DNA of 64,000 bases from Planctomycetota bacterium (GTDB taxonomy: Bacteria > Planctomycetota > UBA11346), in the NCBI GenBank assembly GCA_038231435.1, contig JBBRLJ010000012.1, positions 1-64,000 of the forward strand. The letters are read 5' to 3'. A program made the translations under genes and the position numbers. Positions 10,751 through 20,762 of the stretch are shown here, piece after piece. Every line of letters begins with the position of its first letter. Positions within the stretch are counted from its first letter, which is position 1. The notes beneath the pieces are model-generated. The model worked only from the letters and a program-made list of their open reading frames with translations. It did no database searches and was not told the DNA's origin.

Positions 10751-10925
10751 AGTCAGGAGATTGAAGATTGAAGTCGAGGATCGAAGCGCAGCGGTGGTGC
10801 TGACGCGGCTCCCTCGCCGGGAAGGCCCTCGTTGCCGCCGGCTGCCGCCTTCTGTTCCATGTCCATTTCATCTTCCCTCTTCGATCTTCCGTCTTCCCCT
10901 TCTCCGTCTCTCCTCCTGTCTCTTG
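10749..10925. repeat. GAAGnnn/nnnCTTC heptamer inverted pair
   Basis: gaagtca ggagatt gaagatt gaagtcg ... catcttc cctcttc gatcttc cgtcttc. Confidence 0.75.
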
Positions 10926-10970
10926 CCCCCGCCACCGCGCCGCGAACATGGCTCCTCCGCCGGAGAGCCC

Positions 10971-12119
10971 ATGCCGTTGAACAGCGATGACTACCTGCGC
11001 TATGCGCGCCACCTGTCCCTGCCCGAGTTCGGCGAACAGGGGCAGGAGAAGCTGCTGAAGTCGTCGGTGCTGCTGATCGGCGCCGGGGGGCTCGGGTCGC
11101 CGCTAGCGCTCTATCTGGCCGCTGCTGGCGTGGGCCGCATCGGCATCATGGACTTCGATGTCGTCGACGTCTCGAACCTGCAGCGACAGATCATCCACCG
11201 CACCCAGGACGTCGGCACCAGCAAGGCCAAGAGCGCTCGTCGCGGGATCAACGACCTCAACCCAGGCACCAAGGTCGACATCTACGAGGAAGGCATCTCT
11301 TCCGCGAACGCACTCGAGATCATCGCCAAATACGACATCGTCATCGACGGCACCGACAATTTCCCGACCCGCTATCTGGTCAACGACGCCTGCGTGTTCC
11401 TCGGCAAGGTCAACATCTACGGATCGATCTACCGCTTCGAAGGCCAGGCCACGGTGTTCGACGCCAAGCGCGGGCCGTGCTATCGCTGCCTCTATCCGGA
11501 GCCACCGCCGCCAGGAGAGGTTCCGTCGTGCGCCGAGGGCGGCGTGCTGGGCGTGCTGCCGGGCATGATCGCCATGATCCAGGCGACCGAGGCGATCAAG
11601 GTCCTCACCGGCATGGGCGAATCGCTGATCGGGCGCTTTGTGCGCTACGACGCCCTGAGCATGCGCTTCCGCGAACTGAAGCTGCGCAAGGACCCCACCT
11701 GCCCGGTGTGCTCGGCCAATCCGACCATCACCACGCTCATCGACTACCAGGAGTTCTGCGGCCTCAAGCGCGGAGAAAGCGAGTCCAGCATGGAAGATCT
11801 CGAGATCAGCGTAGCCGATTACGCCACGCTGCGCGACAAGGGCGATGCCCATCTGCTGCTCGACGTGCGCGAACCGCACGAACTGCAGATCTGCCAGATC
11901 GAGGGCAATCGCAACATCCCGCTCGGCCAGCTGCCCAATCGCCTCGCGGAATTGGAGAGCTGGAAGGACAAGCTGATCGTCTGCCAGTGCAAATCCGGCA
12001 GGCGCAGCATGAAGGCGTTGGAAACACTGAAGAAGCACGGCTTCGCCAACGTGCTGAATCTGCAGGGCGGCATTCTGGCCTGGGGCGAGGAGATCGACCC
12101 CGGCATGTCCGCGTATTGA
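10971..12119 (+). CDS. moeB: Molybdopterin-synthase adenylyltransferase with C-terminal rhodanese domain (MoeB/MoeZ)
   Basis: RYARHL, GAGGLGSP, SNLQRQ, GTDNFPTRY, CYRC, PSCAEGGVLG, CPVC; rhodanese DVRE...CKSGRRS. Confidence 0.93.
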   Translation: MPLNSDDYLRYARHLSLPEFGEQGQEKLLKSSVLLIGAGGLGSPLALYLAAAGVGRIGIMDFDVVDVSNLQRQIIHRTQDVGTSKAKSARRGINDLNPGTKVDIYEEGISSANALEIIAKYDIVIDGTDNFPTRYLVNDACVFLGKVNIYGSIYRFEGQATVFDAKRGPCYRCLYPEPPPPGEVPSCAEGGVLGVLPGMIAMIQATEAIKVLTGMGESLIGRFVRYDALSMRFRELKLRKDPTCPVCSANPTITTLIDYQEFCGLKRGESESSMEDLEISVADYATLRDKGDAHLLLDVREPHELQICQIEGNRNIPLGQLPNRLAELESWKDKLIVCQCKSGRRSMKALETLKKHGFANVLNLQGGILAWGEEIDPGMSAY

Positions 12120-12196
12120 GGCGATCGGCTTCCGCTGACGCACGTGGGACGCAGACCACGGCTTGAATCGCGCGTACCGTCGCCGAGCGTGAGCCC

Positions 12197-13708
12197 ATGA
12201 ACCCTCGGGCGTTCGCAGGATTGGGCGTGGCGGTGGCCGCCGTGCTCCTGGCCGCGCCGCCCGCCATCGTGGGCTGGAGCGCGGCGGTGCATGCCGCGCC
12301 CTCGCGGTGGGCAGCCGGACTCGCTCCTGGGGGCGTTCCCAGGCATGTCGCGGACCCGCTGGTGCCGTTCGCCCTGCCGATGGCGGTGTGCGCCCTGTTG
12401 CTGGTTGCGGGATGCCTGCTGCCCAAGCCTGCTCTGCCATGGCGGGAGGCGGTGCCGCGGCGGCCGGGCATGATGGCGATGGGCCTGGGCCTGCTGCTCC
12501 TGCTCGAGCCGGTCCTGCATCTCGCGCTGCTCGCGCTGATCGGCTGGCACGCGCCGCCGGGCTCGGGCGATCTGATGCTGCCGCGCGCATCCGGAAATGG
12601 TCGCATCGCGCCGGCGATCCAGATGGCCGTGCTCACCCTCGCGGTGCCGATCGCCGAGGAATTCTTCTTTCGCGGCCGGCTGGTGCCATGGCTGCGCGAG
12701 CATCTCGGCAGCCCTTCGGCGCTCTCGCTGTCGGCGCTCGCCTTCGCCTGCGCCCACGCCGATCCCTGCCAGGCGTTGGTGGCATTGCCGCTCGGCGTAC
12801 TGCTCGGCTGGCTCCGCCTCTCGGGAGGGGGGCTCGGCACCTGCATCATCGTGCATCAGGCGCACAACGCGTTGTTCGTCGCCACCGGGCCCACGGTGGT
12901 GGCGGCGCCGTGGGTCGGTCTGGTGCTGGCGATGGGCGCGGTGGCCTGCCTCGCGCTGGCGTGGACATGGCCGCGCCGCGGTACCGGCTTGGATCCGCGA
13001 CGCACGATCGTCGCCTGTCTGGCCGCGATCGCCGTGATCCTCGCGATCTATCCCGGCTACCAGCTCGCGCAGAATCGCGTGTGGCTGGTGGCGATGCACC
13101 GCGCGATCGCCTTCGGGCATCTTCAGGACGACATCCTGCTCCAACGCGTCGATCTGCAGTGCCTGCGTGGGAAGATCGACATGTCACGGCGGAAAGCCCT
13201 GGTCCTCCAGCTCGTAGCGAAGCCGTCACCGTCACGCGATCGCCAGGTGTGGATCGTCGCGCGGCTCGATCCCGACGCGCTGGCGCCGCGCACCGTGGAG
13301 GAGGCGCACGACGATCTCGCCCGCCTCGCCAGCTGCCCGCTGCACCTACCCACGCATGACCTCGCCGCGCGCGCGAAGGCGCGCGCCTGGGCGGATTCCA
13401 TAGGCAGGTTGGTCACCGAGGTGATGGATGGCGAGATCATGCAGCGCTGGTTTCCGCTGCCCGCCGCCGCCGACGAGGCGCTCGAGCAGATCGCGGTGTC
13501 GTCAGGCGCCGAACGCCACCGCTTCCTCGCCGGCATGGAGCGCGCGTTTCCCGGACGCATCGCCGACCTGCTGTTCAAGCTGCGCCCTGACGAAGTGACG
13601 CCGGCAGATCGGCATTTCCTCTTCGACCGCTACGCAGATGCGCGGGAACGACTCGAGGCGTTGGCGTTGAGGGATCCGGAGCGGGCGCAGGCATTCCTGT
13701 CGCCGTGA
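12197..13708 (+). CDS. CPBP (Abi/CAAX-type) intramembrane glutamic protease with a long C-terminal soluble domain
   Basis: AEEFFFRG, FACAH and HQAHN motifs within multiple TM helices. Confidence 0.85.
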   Translation: MNPRAFAGLGVAVAAVLLAAPPAIVGWSAAVHAAPSRWAAGLAPGGVPRHVADPLVPFALPMAVCALLLVAGCLLPKPALPWREAVPRRPGMMAMGLGLLLLLEPVLHLALLALIGWHAPPGSGDLMLPRASGNGRIAPAIQMAVLTLAVPIAEEFFFRGRLVPWLREHLGSPSALSLSALAFACAHADPCQALVALPLGVLLGWLRLSGGGLGTCIIVHQAHNALFVATGPTVVAAPWVGLVLAMGAVACLALAWTWPRRGTGLDPRRTIVACLAAIAVILAIYPGYQLAQNRVWLVAMHRAIAFGHLQDDILLQRVDLQCLRGKIDMSRRKALVLQLVAKPSPSRDRQVWIVARLDPDALAPRTVEEAHDDLARLASCPLHLPTHDLAARAKARAWADSIGRLVTEVMDGEIMQRWFPLPAAADEALEQIAVSSGAERHRFLAGMERAFPGRIADLLFKLRPDEVTPADRHFLFDRYADARERLEALALRDPERAQAFLSP

Positions 13709-13713
13709 GCATG

Positions 13714-13835
13714 GGAGAGGAAGAGCAGAAGATGGAAGATAGAAGACAGAAGCCAGAAGAGCGGCGTGGTGATGATGAGATTTTCGACGAGTGCCGTCTG
13801 GAATTCTTCTTCCTTCTTCAATCTTCGATCTTCTC
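13714..13835. repeat. GAAGnnn/nnnCTTC heptamer inverted pair
   Basis: gaagatg gaagata gaagaca gaagcca gaagagc ... aatcttc gatcttc. Confidence 0.8.
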
Positions 13836-14351
13836 CGGCCGTACTCCCCAGAACGAATACGCCAGAGCGGCCGCACCTACCGCGGTGAAGGTGTAATAAT
13901 CCGTCGGCAGTCCGAGCACCCAATGCTTGTGCCAGGGGACGTGACGCGGATCGAAGTGGCTCCAGCCGTAATCCGGATTGGCGAGGAACCAGGCGAAATC
14001 CTCGATGATCCAGAACAGCAGCACGCCGCCGATGGCGCGCGCCTCGAGCTTGAACGACCAGCGCGCGAACATCGCGAAGGGCAGGTGGAAGACCAGGATC
14101 ATGAACGAGAAGATCCAAGCGTGGTAACCGGTGAGCGCGCGACCGCCCCAAACGATGTCCAGCAGCCAGTGCTTCTCGATGCGCCAAGTGGGCAGGGCAG
14201 CGGCCCAACCCGACGCGCCCTCGATCTGGATCTCGACCATCGCGAAATAGAACCCGAGCAGGCACACCGCCCCGACCATCAGCGTCGCGCGCGCGAGCGC
14301 GGCGCGCACCGCATTGGCGTCTGCGGAAGCACGCATCTCGGGGCCGGACAT
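13818..14351 (-). CDS. Conserved-looking hypothetical integral membrane protein
   Basis: About 4 hydrophobic segments with EIQIEG.GWA..LPTW, LTGYH, IIEDF, PWH motifs; begins 5 nt after the stop of the upstream glycosyltransferase. Confidence 0.75.
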   Translation of the reverse strand: MSGPEMRASADANAVRAALARATLMVGAVCLLGFYFAMVEIQIEGASGWAAALPTWRIEKHWLLDIVWGGRALTGYHAWIFSFMILVFHLPFAMFARWSFKLEARAIGGVLLFWIIEDFAWFLANPDYGWSHFDPRHVPWHKHWVLGLPTDYYTFTAVGAAALAYSFWGVRPEKIED

Positions 14352-14356
14352 GGGGT

Positions 14357-15490
14357 TCAGGCCCCGCTGGCGGCGGCGCTGCCCTCGTAGACCTGGTCGA
14401 GCACCGCATCGGCGGCGCGCGGCCTGCCCAGGCGCGCGGCCGCGGCGCGCATGGCGCCGAGCCGGTGCTGGTCGCCGAGCAGCTGGCGCACTCGGTATTC
14501 GAGGCCTGCCGCATCGTGCGCCTTGAGCGCCGCGCCGTTCTCGAGCAGGTAGTCGCTGTTGCGCTCCTCCTGCCCGGGGATCGGCGAGATCACCACCATG
14601 GGCAGGCCCACGGCCAGGCATTCGGCGGTGGTGAGTCCGCCCGGTTTCGAAACTGCGAAATCGGCGCACGCCATCGCGCGCTCGATGGTGCGGGTGAAGC
14701 CGAGCGGGAACAGCCGTCCCGGATGCGCGGTGGCGACATGGTGGAGCCTGCCGAGCAGTTCGGCGTTCTTGCCGGCAAGCGCGATGATCTGGAAATCGCC
14801 CGGGATGGTGAGCAGCCGCTCGGCCAAGGTGTCCAGCGCGCCCACGCCGAAACCGCCGGACATCATCAGCATGGTGGTGCGCTTGGGGTCGAGGCCGAGT
14901 TCGCGCGCACACGCCTCGCGCGGCAGACGCTCGCGGAAGGCGGGCATGATCGGGATGCCGGTCACGGCGATGCGCCCGTCGGAGAGGCCGCGATCGCGCA
15001 TGCGCCAGGCGATCTCCTCGGCCGCCGCGCAGTAGCCGGTCAGGCCCTGGTGGACCCAGAGCGCATGCACGTCGAAATCGGTGACCACCACCCAGGTCGG
15101 GCGCGTGAACACCTGCTTGCGCGCGAGCCGCGACAGCAGCTGCGCCGGCAGGAAATGCGTGCAGATGATGTGCTCGGGAGCGAAGTCCTGGATCGCGCCG
15201 GTGAAGGCGCGGGTGTTGAGATGCTCGACCTTCGCGCGCAGGCGGTTGAGCGTCGAATCCGGCCGCTTGCGGTCGCTGGAGTGGTAGAGGTATCCCCACA
15301 GCGCGGGATGCTGGTTGACGATCGACAGGTAGCTGTCGGCGTAGAGCTTGCGGAACAGCTTCGGCACCAGATCCATGACGTCGATGTGGCGCGCCTCGAT
15401 GCCGCGGGCCTCGGCGGCGATCTTGATGGCTTCGGCGCAGCGCATGTGGCCGGCGCCGGCGGAGACGCTGAGGATGGCGAGCTTGGGCAT
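14357..15490 (-). CDS. GT28 diacylglycerol glycosyltransferase (MGDG synthase/UgtP-like)
   Basis: SAGAGHMRCA, ICTHFLP, VVTDF..H..W, TGIPI, SGGFG, SKPGGLT, PIPGQEERN. Confidence 0.92.
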   Translation of the reverse strand: MPKLAILSVSAGAGHMRCAEAIKIAAEARGIEARHIDVMDLVPKLFRKLYADSYLSIVNQHPALWGYLYHSSDRKRPDSTLNRLRAKVEHLNTRAFTGAIQDFAPEHIICTHFLPAQLLSRLARKQVFTRPTWVVVTDFDVHALWVHQGLTGYCAAAEEIAWRMRDRGLSDGRIAVTGIPIMPAFRERLPREACARELGLDPKRTTMLMMSGGFGVGALDTLAERLLTIPGDFQIIALAGKNAELLGRLHHVATAHPGRLFPLGFTRTIERAMACADFAVSKPGGLTTAECLAVGLPMVVISPIPGQEERNSDYLLENGAALKAHDAAGLEYRVRQLLGDQHRLGAMRAAAARLGRPRAADAVLDQVYEGSAAASGA

Positions 15491-15525
15491 GGGGGGCACC
15501 TGGGCAGACGGTAACGTGCGAGCCG

Positions 15526-15660
15526 AGGGGAGAAGAGAGAAGGGGGAAGGTCGAAGATCGAAGAGGGAAGACGGAAGGCGGAAGTGCGGCTCGGGTTACG
15601 GCGCGCATCGGCCGAATGGGACCCGCTTGAATCTTCGATCTTCCATCTTCACTCTTCTCC
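15526..15660. repeat. GAAGnnn heptamer tandem array with an inverted nnnCTTC array
   Basis: gaagaga gaagggg gaaggtc gaagatc gaagagg gaagacg gaaggcg gaagtgc ... aatcttc gatcttc catcttc actcttc. Confidence 0.85.
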
Positions 15661-15669
15661 TGTATTTCT

Positions 15670-15860
15670 CTTGGCCGCTCAGGTGCCCGTCGAGAGACGG
15701 GTGAAAAGGGAAGCCGGTGAGAATCCGGCGCGGACCCGCCACTGTAACCGGGGACCAGGCAGCACGAGCCACTGCGGCGCTCATCCGATCTCGCGATCGG
15801 AAAGCCCCGCGGGAAGGCGCTGTCCTGGAACGATCCGGAAGTCAGGAGACCTGCCTGGGC
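15670..15860 (+). ncRNA. Cobalamin riboswitch
   Basis: AGGTGC...AAAAGGGAAGCCGGTGAGAATCCGGCGCGGACCCGCCACTGTAA...GCCACTG...GGGAAGG...AGTCAGGAGACCTGCC (B12 box), upstream of a TonB receptor/ABC operon. Confidence 0.95.
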
Positions 15861-16009
15861 GTCGCGGCGTTACCCTCGTGGAGCGGGGTACGGCCATTCC
15901 GTCGCCGGTTCGCCGTCGCGGATGGTCTCCTCTCCTAGTCGGTTCGACGCGGGTCTCTTGACGATGGGCGCGCGGTGCGCCCATCCTTCGAACCGCTGCT
16001 GGAGCCGCC

Positions 16010-17953
16010 ATGCGCTGCCCTCGTCATCCCCTCGTCCCCACCCTGTCCATCCTCGCGTGCGCGCTCGCGCTGCCGATCGCCCACGGCGCCGAGACCGAGC
16101 ACGATCAGCGCACGGCCGAGGAACCGACCCCGATTGGCGAAACCATCGTCGTCACCGGCGAACGCCGCGAGACCACCATCGCGCGTTCGACCTCCGACAT
16201 CGACGTGGTCGACGCCGACGAACTGCGCATGCGCGGCCATCCCTCGAGCCCGTGGCAATGGCTGCAGGGTTTGGCGGGAGTCGACGCGGCGGGCGGCGCC
16301 GGGGGCATCGATGGCGGCATCCCGCGCATCAAGCTGCGCGGCGCGAATTCCTACGACACCCTCATCCAGCTCGATGGCATCCCGCTCGAGGATCCGAGCA
16401 CCACCCAGGGCCAGCCCAATCTCGCGCACCTGTTCCCCGCCGGCCTCGACCGGGTCGAGGTGGTGCGCGGCGCCCAGAGCGGCGTGTACGGCAGTCGCGC
16501 CGTCGGCGGTGTGGTGAACTTCCAGACCATCCGGCCGACGCGCGCGCCGCACGAGCACCTGCGCGCCGAGGTCGGCGCTTATGGCACTGCCGACGCCGAG
16601 GCCTCGGCGACTGGCCCGATCTCATCAACCGTCGGCTTTGCGCTGTCCGCAGCGGGACTCGGTTCGAACGGATTCAGCGCCACTACCGACGCCAATGCCC
16701 ATGGCGATGCACGCAACCACGAAAGCGATTCGGTGCACCGGGGTGGAGTCACTGGCCGCGTCGAGTGGAAGCCGAAGGCCGGATCGATGGCCTATCTCGC
16801 GGTGAACACCGTCGCCTTGAATCAGGAATTCGACGACGGGTTCGGCGGTGGGCCGGATGATCCGCTGTCCTACACCACCGTGAAATCGTACCGGACTTCG
16901 GCTGGCGGCGAGACCAAGCTCTCCGACAAGCTCACGATCGGCACCGATCTGGCCTACACCGCCACTGATCGCATATACAACGCGGCGACCTTCAACGCGA
17001 CGTACTATGGCAAGCAGGAGTACGTCGGCGCGCACGCGCGTTACCGCCTCACGCCGGAACTCGAATTCGCAGGCGGAGTCGATGGCCGCCGCCACGATCT
17101 CGACATCAAGTCGGGTGGCTACTCGCACTCGCAGGACTGGCTCGGAGGCGGTTGGGGTCAGGTCGCCTCGTCGAGCGACTGGCACGAATTGGTGGGATCG
17201 GTGCGTGAGGACTTGCACAGCCGCTCCGGCGACGCCACCACCTGGCGATTGGCCGGCGCGGCCTTCATGGCGCAGGACTGCGTCAAGCCGCACGCCAGCG
17301 TCGGTACCGGCTTCCGCGCGCCGAGCCTGTACGAGCAGAACGATCCGTTCGTCGGCAATCCGGATCTGGCCGCGCAGCGCAGCATCAGTTACGACGCCGG
17401 CGTCAGCTTCATGCCCATCCAGGACGTGGTCCACGATTGCGTCATCCTCGACGTCACCGCCTTTCGCACCGATTACCGCACGCTCATCGATTTCGTGCCG
17501 ACCGGCCCATTCACCGGGCAGTACATGAACATCCACGATTACTCCGTCGAAGGCGTGGAGAGCAGCCTGCGCGTCGCCGACCCGCAGAGCCCGATCTTCG
17601 CGCGGTTCTCGTACACCTGGCAGATGGCTCGCGAAACCCCGGCCCAGACCGGCGGCACCTATAGTGCGTACCTGCCGCGCCACCACATCGGCGTGGTGCT
17701 CGGCGTGCGCGAAGACAAGTACGGCTGGCTCAGCATCAACGGCGAGCGCGTATCGCGCATGAACGCCGGCTTCGGTGGCACCACCTACCTGCCGTGGTAC
17801 ACGGTGGTCGGCGCCTCCGCAGGCGCCTTTGTGGGCAGGGACTGGGAGCTCTACGTGCGCGTCGAGAACCTGCTCGACGAGCACTACGAGACCAACCCGG
17901 GCAACACCAACTCGGGCCAGGCCTTCTACTTCGGCGCCGACGCGCATTTCTGA
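16010..17953 (+). CDS. btuB: TonB-dependent receptor, BtuB-like (cobalamin)
   Basis: Signal peptide, TonB box ETIVVTG, plug motif DRVEVVRGAQSGVYGSRAVGGVVN, GFRAPSLYE, ENLLD, terminal Phe; lies under the B12 riboswitch. Confidence 0.9.
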   Translation: MRCPRHPLVPTLSILACALALPIAHGAETEHDQRTAEEPTPIGETIVVTGERRETTIARSTSDIDVVDADELRMRGHPSSPWQWLQGLAGVDAAGGAGGIDGGIPRIKLRGANSYDTLIQLDGIPLEDPSTTQGQPNLAHLFPAGLDRVEVVRGAQSGVYGSRAVGGVVNFQTIRPTRAPHEHLRAEVGAYGTADAEASATGPISSTVGFALSAAGLGSNGFSATTDANAHGDARNHESDSVHRGGVTGRVEWKPKAGSMAYLAVNTVALNQEFDDGFGGGPDDPLSYTTVKSYRTSAGGETKLSDKLTIGTDLAYTATDRIYNAATFNATYYGKQEYVGAHARYRLTPELEFAGGVDGRRHDLDIKSGGYSHSQDWLGGGWGQVASSSDWHELVGSVREDLHSRSGDATTWRLAGAAFMAQDCVKPHASVGTGFRAPSLYEQNDPFVGNPDLAAQRSISYDAGVSFMPIQDVVHDCVILDVTAFRTDYRTLIDFVPTGPFTGQYMNIHDYSVEGVESSLRVADPQSPIFARFSYTWQMARETPAQTGGTYSAYLPRHHIGVVLGVREDKYGWLSINGERVSRMNAGFGGTTYLPWYTVVGASAGAFVGRDWELYVRVENLLDEHYETNPGNTNSGQAFYFGADAHF

Positions 17954-17954
17954 G

Positions 17955-18977
17955 ATGGCGCGTCAGCGCAGGTCCGCACTCGATGCGCTGAACGCGGGGG
18001 CGCTCGCGCTCGCGCTGATCGTGGGCGGTGGCGTGGGCTGGACATGCTCGCGCGCCCCGCGCCTGCCTGGCGGTGCTGCGGCGTCGGTGTCGACACGGCC
18101 CTCGGTGGTGGAGTCCGATCCCGCTGGAATCGCGGTAGTGCGCGGCGGTGACGGCGTGGCCGTGCCGGTGCGCGACTACCGCCGCATCGTCTGCCTGGTG
18201 CCCGAGCTCGACGACGCCTTCGCCGAACTCGGCATGGTCGATCGCCTCGCGGCGATCAGCGCCTATTCCCGCGCGCATAGCGCCCGCGCCCGGCATCTGC
18301 GCCAGGTTCCCGGATCGGTGGCGACGGGAGCCGGCATCGAGGACGTGCTGGCCTTCACTCCGGATCTGGTAGTGGTGGCGGCGTTCAGCGATCAGGGTCG
18401 CAGCGAACGCATGCGCTCGGCGGGCGTAGCGGTGTTCAATATCGGCCCGGAGCGCGGCGCGGCAGACGCCGCGGTGGCGATCCGCCGCATCGCGGCGCTA
18501 TGCGGCGAGGCGACGCTGGGCGACGAAGCCGCCGCGCGCTTCACCGACCGGCTCGCGCATCTCGCTGACCGCTTCGATATGCATGGCGCGCATGAGCCTG
18601 GAGAGACCGCCGTCATGCGCGGACGCCCGCGCGCCTGCTACGTCAGCTGCTATGGCACCAGGCTTTTCGGCGGTTCGACCGGCACCAGCTACGCCGATAT
18701 CATCGCCGCAGCGGGATTCGCCGACGCCGCGGCCGAGCACGGCTATGCGGGGCAGCTCGATTACCGCATCGAGGATTTGCTCGCGATCTCTCCCGACGTG
18801 ATCATCACCGGCACCGGCATGGGCGCGGCCATCGCCGCGTTGCCGGCGACCGCGGGCATTCCCGCGGTCGCGACGAAGCGCATCATTGAAATCCCCGTCG
18901 ACCTGCTGGTGTCGCCGGGGATCGCGATCCTCGAGGCCGCCGAGGCCGCCGTGGCGGCGCGCGAGCGCCTGCCGTGA
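17955..18977 (+). CDS. btuF: ABC transporter substrate-binding protein, BtuF-like
   Basis: RRIVCLVP, IEDVLAFTPDLVV, IEDLLAISPDVII helical-backbone motifs; operon context. Confidence 0.8.
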   Translation: MARQRRSALDALNAGALALALIVGGGVGWTCSRAPRLPGGAAASVSTRPSVVESDPAGIAVVRGGDGVAVPVRDYRRIVCLVPELDDAFAELGMVDRLAAISAYSRAHSARARHLRQVPGSVATGAGIEDVLAFTPDLVVVAAFSDQGRSERMRSAGVAVFNIGPERGAADAAVAIRRIAALCGEATLGDEAAARFTDRLAHLADRFDMHGAHEPGETAVMRGRPRACYVSCYGTRLFGGSTGTSYADIIAAAGFADAAAEHGYAGQLDYRIEDLLAISPDVIITGTGMGAAIAALPATAGIPAVATKRIIEIPVDLLVSPGIAILEAAEAAVAARERLP

Positions 18978-18987
18978 AGCGCTCTCC

Positions 18988-19968
18988 ATGAAGAGCGCGA
19001 TGATGATCCCGATCGCGCTCTCGGCGCTTCTCGTACTCGCGTGCGTGCTGTCCCTGGGCATCGGTCCGCTGCGCTGGGAACACGTCGACCACCACGTGCT
19101 GATGCTGCGCGGCACGCGCCTCGCCGCTGGAGTCCTCGCCGGCGCCAGTCTCGCGGTCGCGGGCGTGCTCATGCAGGGTCTGTTCCGCAATCCGCTCGCC
19201 AGCCCGTCGGTGGCCGGGGTCACCGCCGGCGCTGGCCTAGGCGCGCAGTGCGCCTTCATCGCCTACGGACTGATGCCGCCAGCACTGGCCCTGGTGCCGA
19301 TCGAGCTGTGGCTGCCGCTCGGCGGTTTCGCGGGAGCCGGCGTGGCGTTAGCCACGCTCACGACGCTCGCTCGCCGCAATGCCGACCTCACCAGCGTCCT
19401 GCTGATCGGCATGGTGCTGTCGATCCTGTTCTCGTCGATCGCCGGCTACCTGCTCGCGCATGGCAGCGACTCCTACCAGCTCGGCCGCGCGCTGATCGCG
19501 TTCTCGCTCGGAGCACTCGACAGCTCGTCGCCGGCGCCGGTGGCGATGGCCGTGCCCGTGGTGGTGGCCGGCGTCATCGCGGCCTGGTGCTGGGGCCGGC
19601 CGCTCGACCTCGCCCTGTCCGGCGCCACCGAAGCCGCATCGCTCGGGGTCGACCTGGCGCGGGTGCGGCGCTGGACGCTGGCGTGGACGGCGCTGCTGGC
19701 GGCGACCTCGGTGGTGCTCGGTGGCGGCGTCGGCTTCGTCTGCCTGGTGGTACCCAACGCCCTGCGCGCCGCGCAAGGCCCGGCGCACCGCCCCCTGGTG
19801 CTGGCTTCGGCGCTCGGCGGAGCGGTGTTTCTCACATTCGCCGACGTCTGCGCCCGCGCCTGTCATCCCGGACCCGGTGAGATCCCGCTCGGCGTCATCA
19901 CCGGGCTGGTCGGGGCGCCGTTCTTCCTGTGGTTCTTCCGGCGCGAGCGCCAGGCCGGGAGGATGTGA
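18988..19968 (+). CDS. btuC: FecCD/BtuC family ABC permease
   Basis: GASLAVAG..MQGLFRNPLASP, EAASLGV, GGVGFV.LVVP, EIPLGVITGLVGAPFF. Confidence 0.9.
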   Translation: MKSAMMIPIALSALLVLACVLSLGIGPLRWEHVDHHVLMLRGTRLAAGVLAGASLAVAGVLMQGLFRNPLASPSVAGVTAGAGLGAQCAFIAYGLMPPALALVPIELWLPLGGFAGAGVALATLTTLARRNADLTSVLLIGMVLSILFSSIAGYLLAHGSDSYQLGRALIAFSLGALDSSSPAPVAMAVPVVVAGVIAAWCWGRPLDLALSGATEAASLGVDLARVRRWTLAWTALLAATSVVLGGGVGFVCLVVPNALRAAQGPAHRPLVLASALGGAVFLTFADVCARACHPGPGEIPLGVITGLVGAPFFLWFFRRERQAGRM

Positions 19969-20762
19969 TGGGCACCCAGGATCACTCGATCCCGGCGGGG
20001 AAACCGCGCCTGAGCATGTCCGGCGTGAGCGTCCGGCGCGGCGCGCGCGAGGTCCTCGCCGGCATCGGCCTGACGATCGCGCCTGGCGAGGTGGTGGTGG
20101 TGATCGGGCCGAACGGCAGCGGCAAGTCGAGCCTGGTGATGGCGGCCGCGGGCCTGCTGCCGGCCTCTGGTGTCATCGACATCGAGGGCCGCGCAATCGC
20201 GGCGCTCGATCCGCTCGAGCGCGCACGCCTGATCGCCTACGTGCCGCAGCGCAGCGAGCTGATGGCGCCGCTCTTGGTGCGCGAGGTGGTGGCCATGGGC
20301 CGCTACGTCCATGGCGACGGCGGCAATCTCGGCACGCTCGGTACGACGGCGACGGCAGCGATCGTCGACGCGTTGACCGCGGTCGATGCCGTCGCGCTCG
20401 CCCAGCGCCGCTTCACCGAGCTCTCGGGCGGAGAGGCGCAGCGCGTGCTGCTCGCGCGCGCTCTCGCCACCGGCGCCGACACGCTGCTGCTCGACGAACC
20501 GACCAGCGCCCTGGACGTCGCGCACCGCCTCGCGCTCGCGCGCATGGTGCGCACGCTGGCTTGCAGAGGAAAAGCGGTGCTGATCGCGGTGCACGACCTC
20601 ACCGAGGCCGCCGCGGTGGGCGACCGCGTGATCCTGCTGAGCGCCGGGCGGGTGCTGAAGACCGGAACGCCGACCGAGGTGATCGCCCCCGGCCCGGTGC
20701 GCGAGGCGTACGGGATCGATGTGATCGCCGGTGGCGGATACGGGTATCGGGAACGTCCGTAA
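19968..20762 (+). CDS. btuD: ABC transporter ATP-binding protein, BtuD/FecE-like
   Basis: Walker A GPNGSGKS, LSGGE signature, LLLDEPT, HDL. Confidence 0.9.
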   Translation: MGTQDHSIPAGKPRLSMSGVSVRRGAREVLAGIGLTIAPGEVVVVIGPNGSGKSSLVMAAAGLLPASGVIDIEGRAIAALDPLERARLIAYVPQRSELMAPLLVREVVAMGRYVHGDGGNLGTLGTTATAAIVDALTAVDAVALAQRRFTELSGGEAQRVLLARALATGADTLLLDEPTSALDVAHRLALARMVRTLACRGKAVLIAVHDLTEAAAVGDRVILLSAGRVLKTGTPTEVIAPGPVREAYGIDVIAGGGYGYRERP

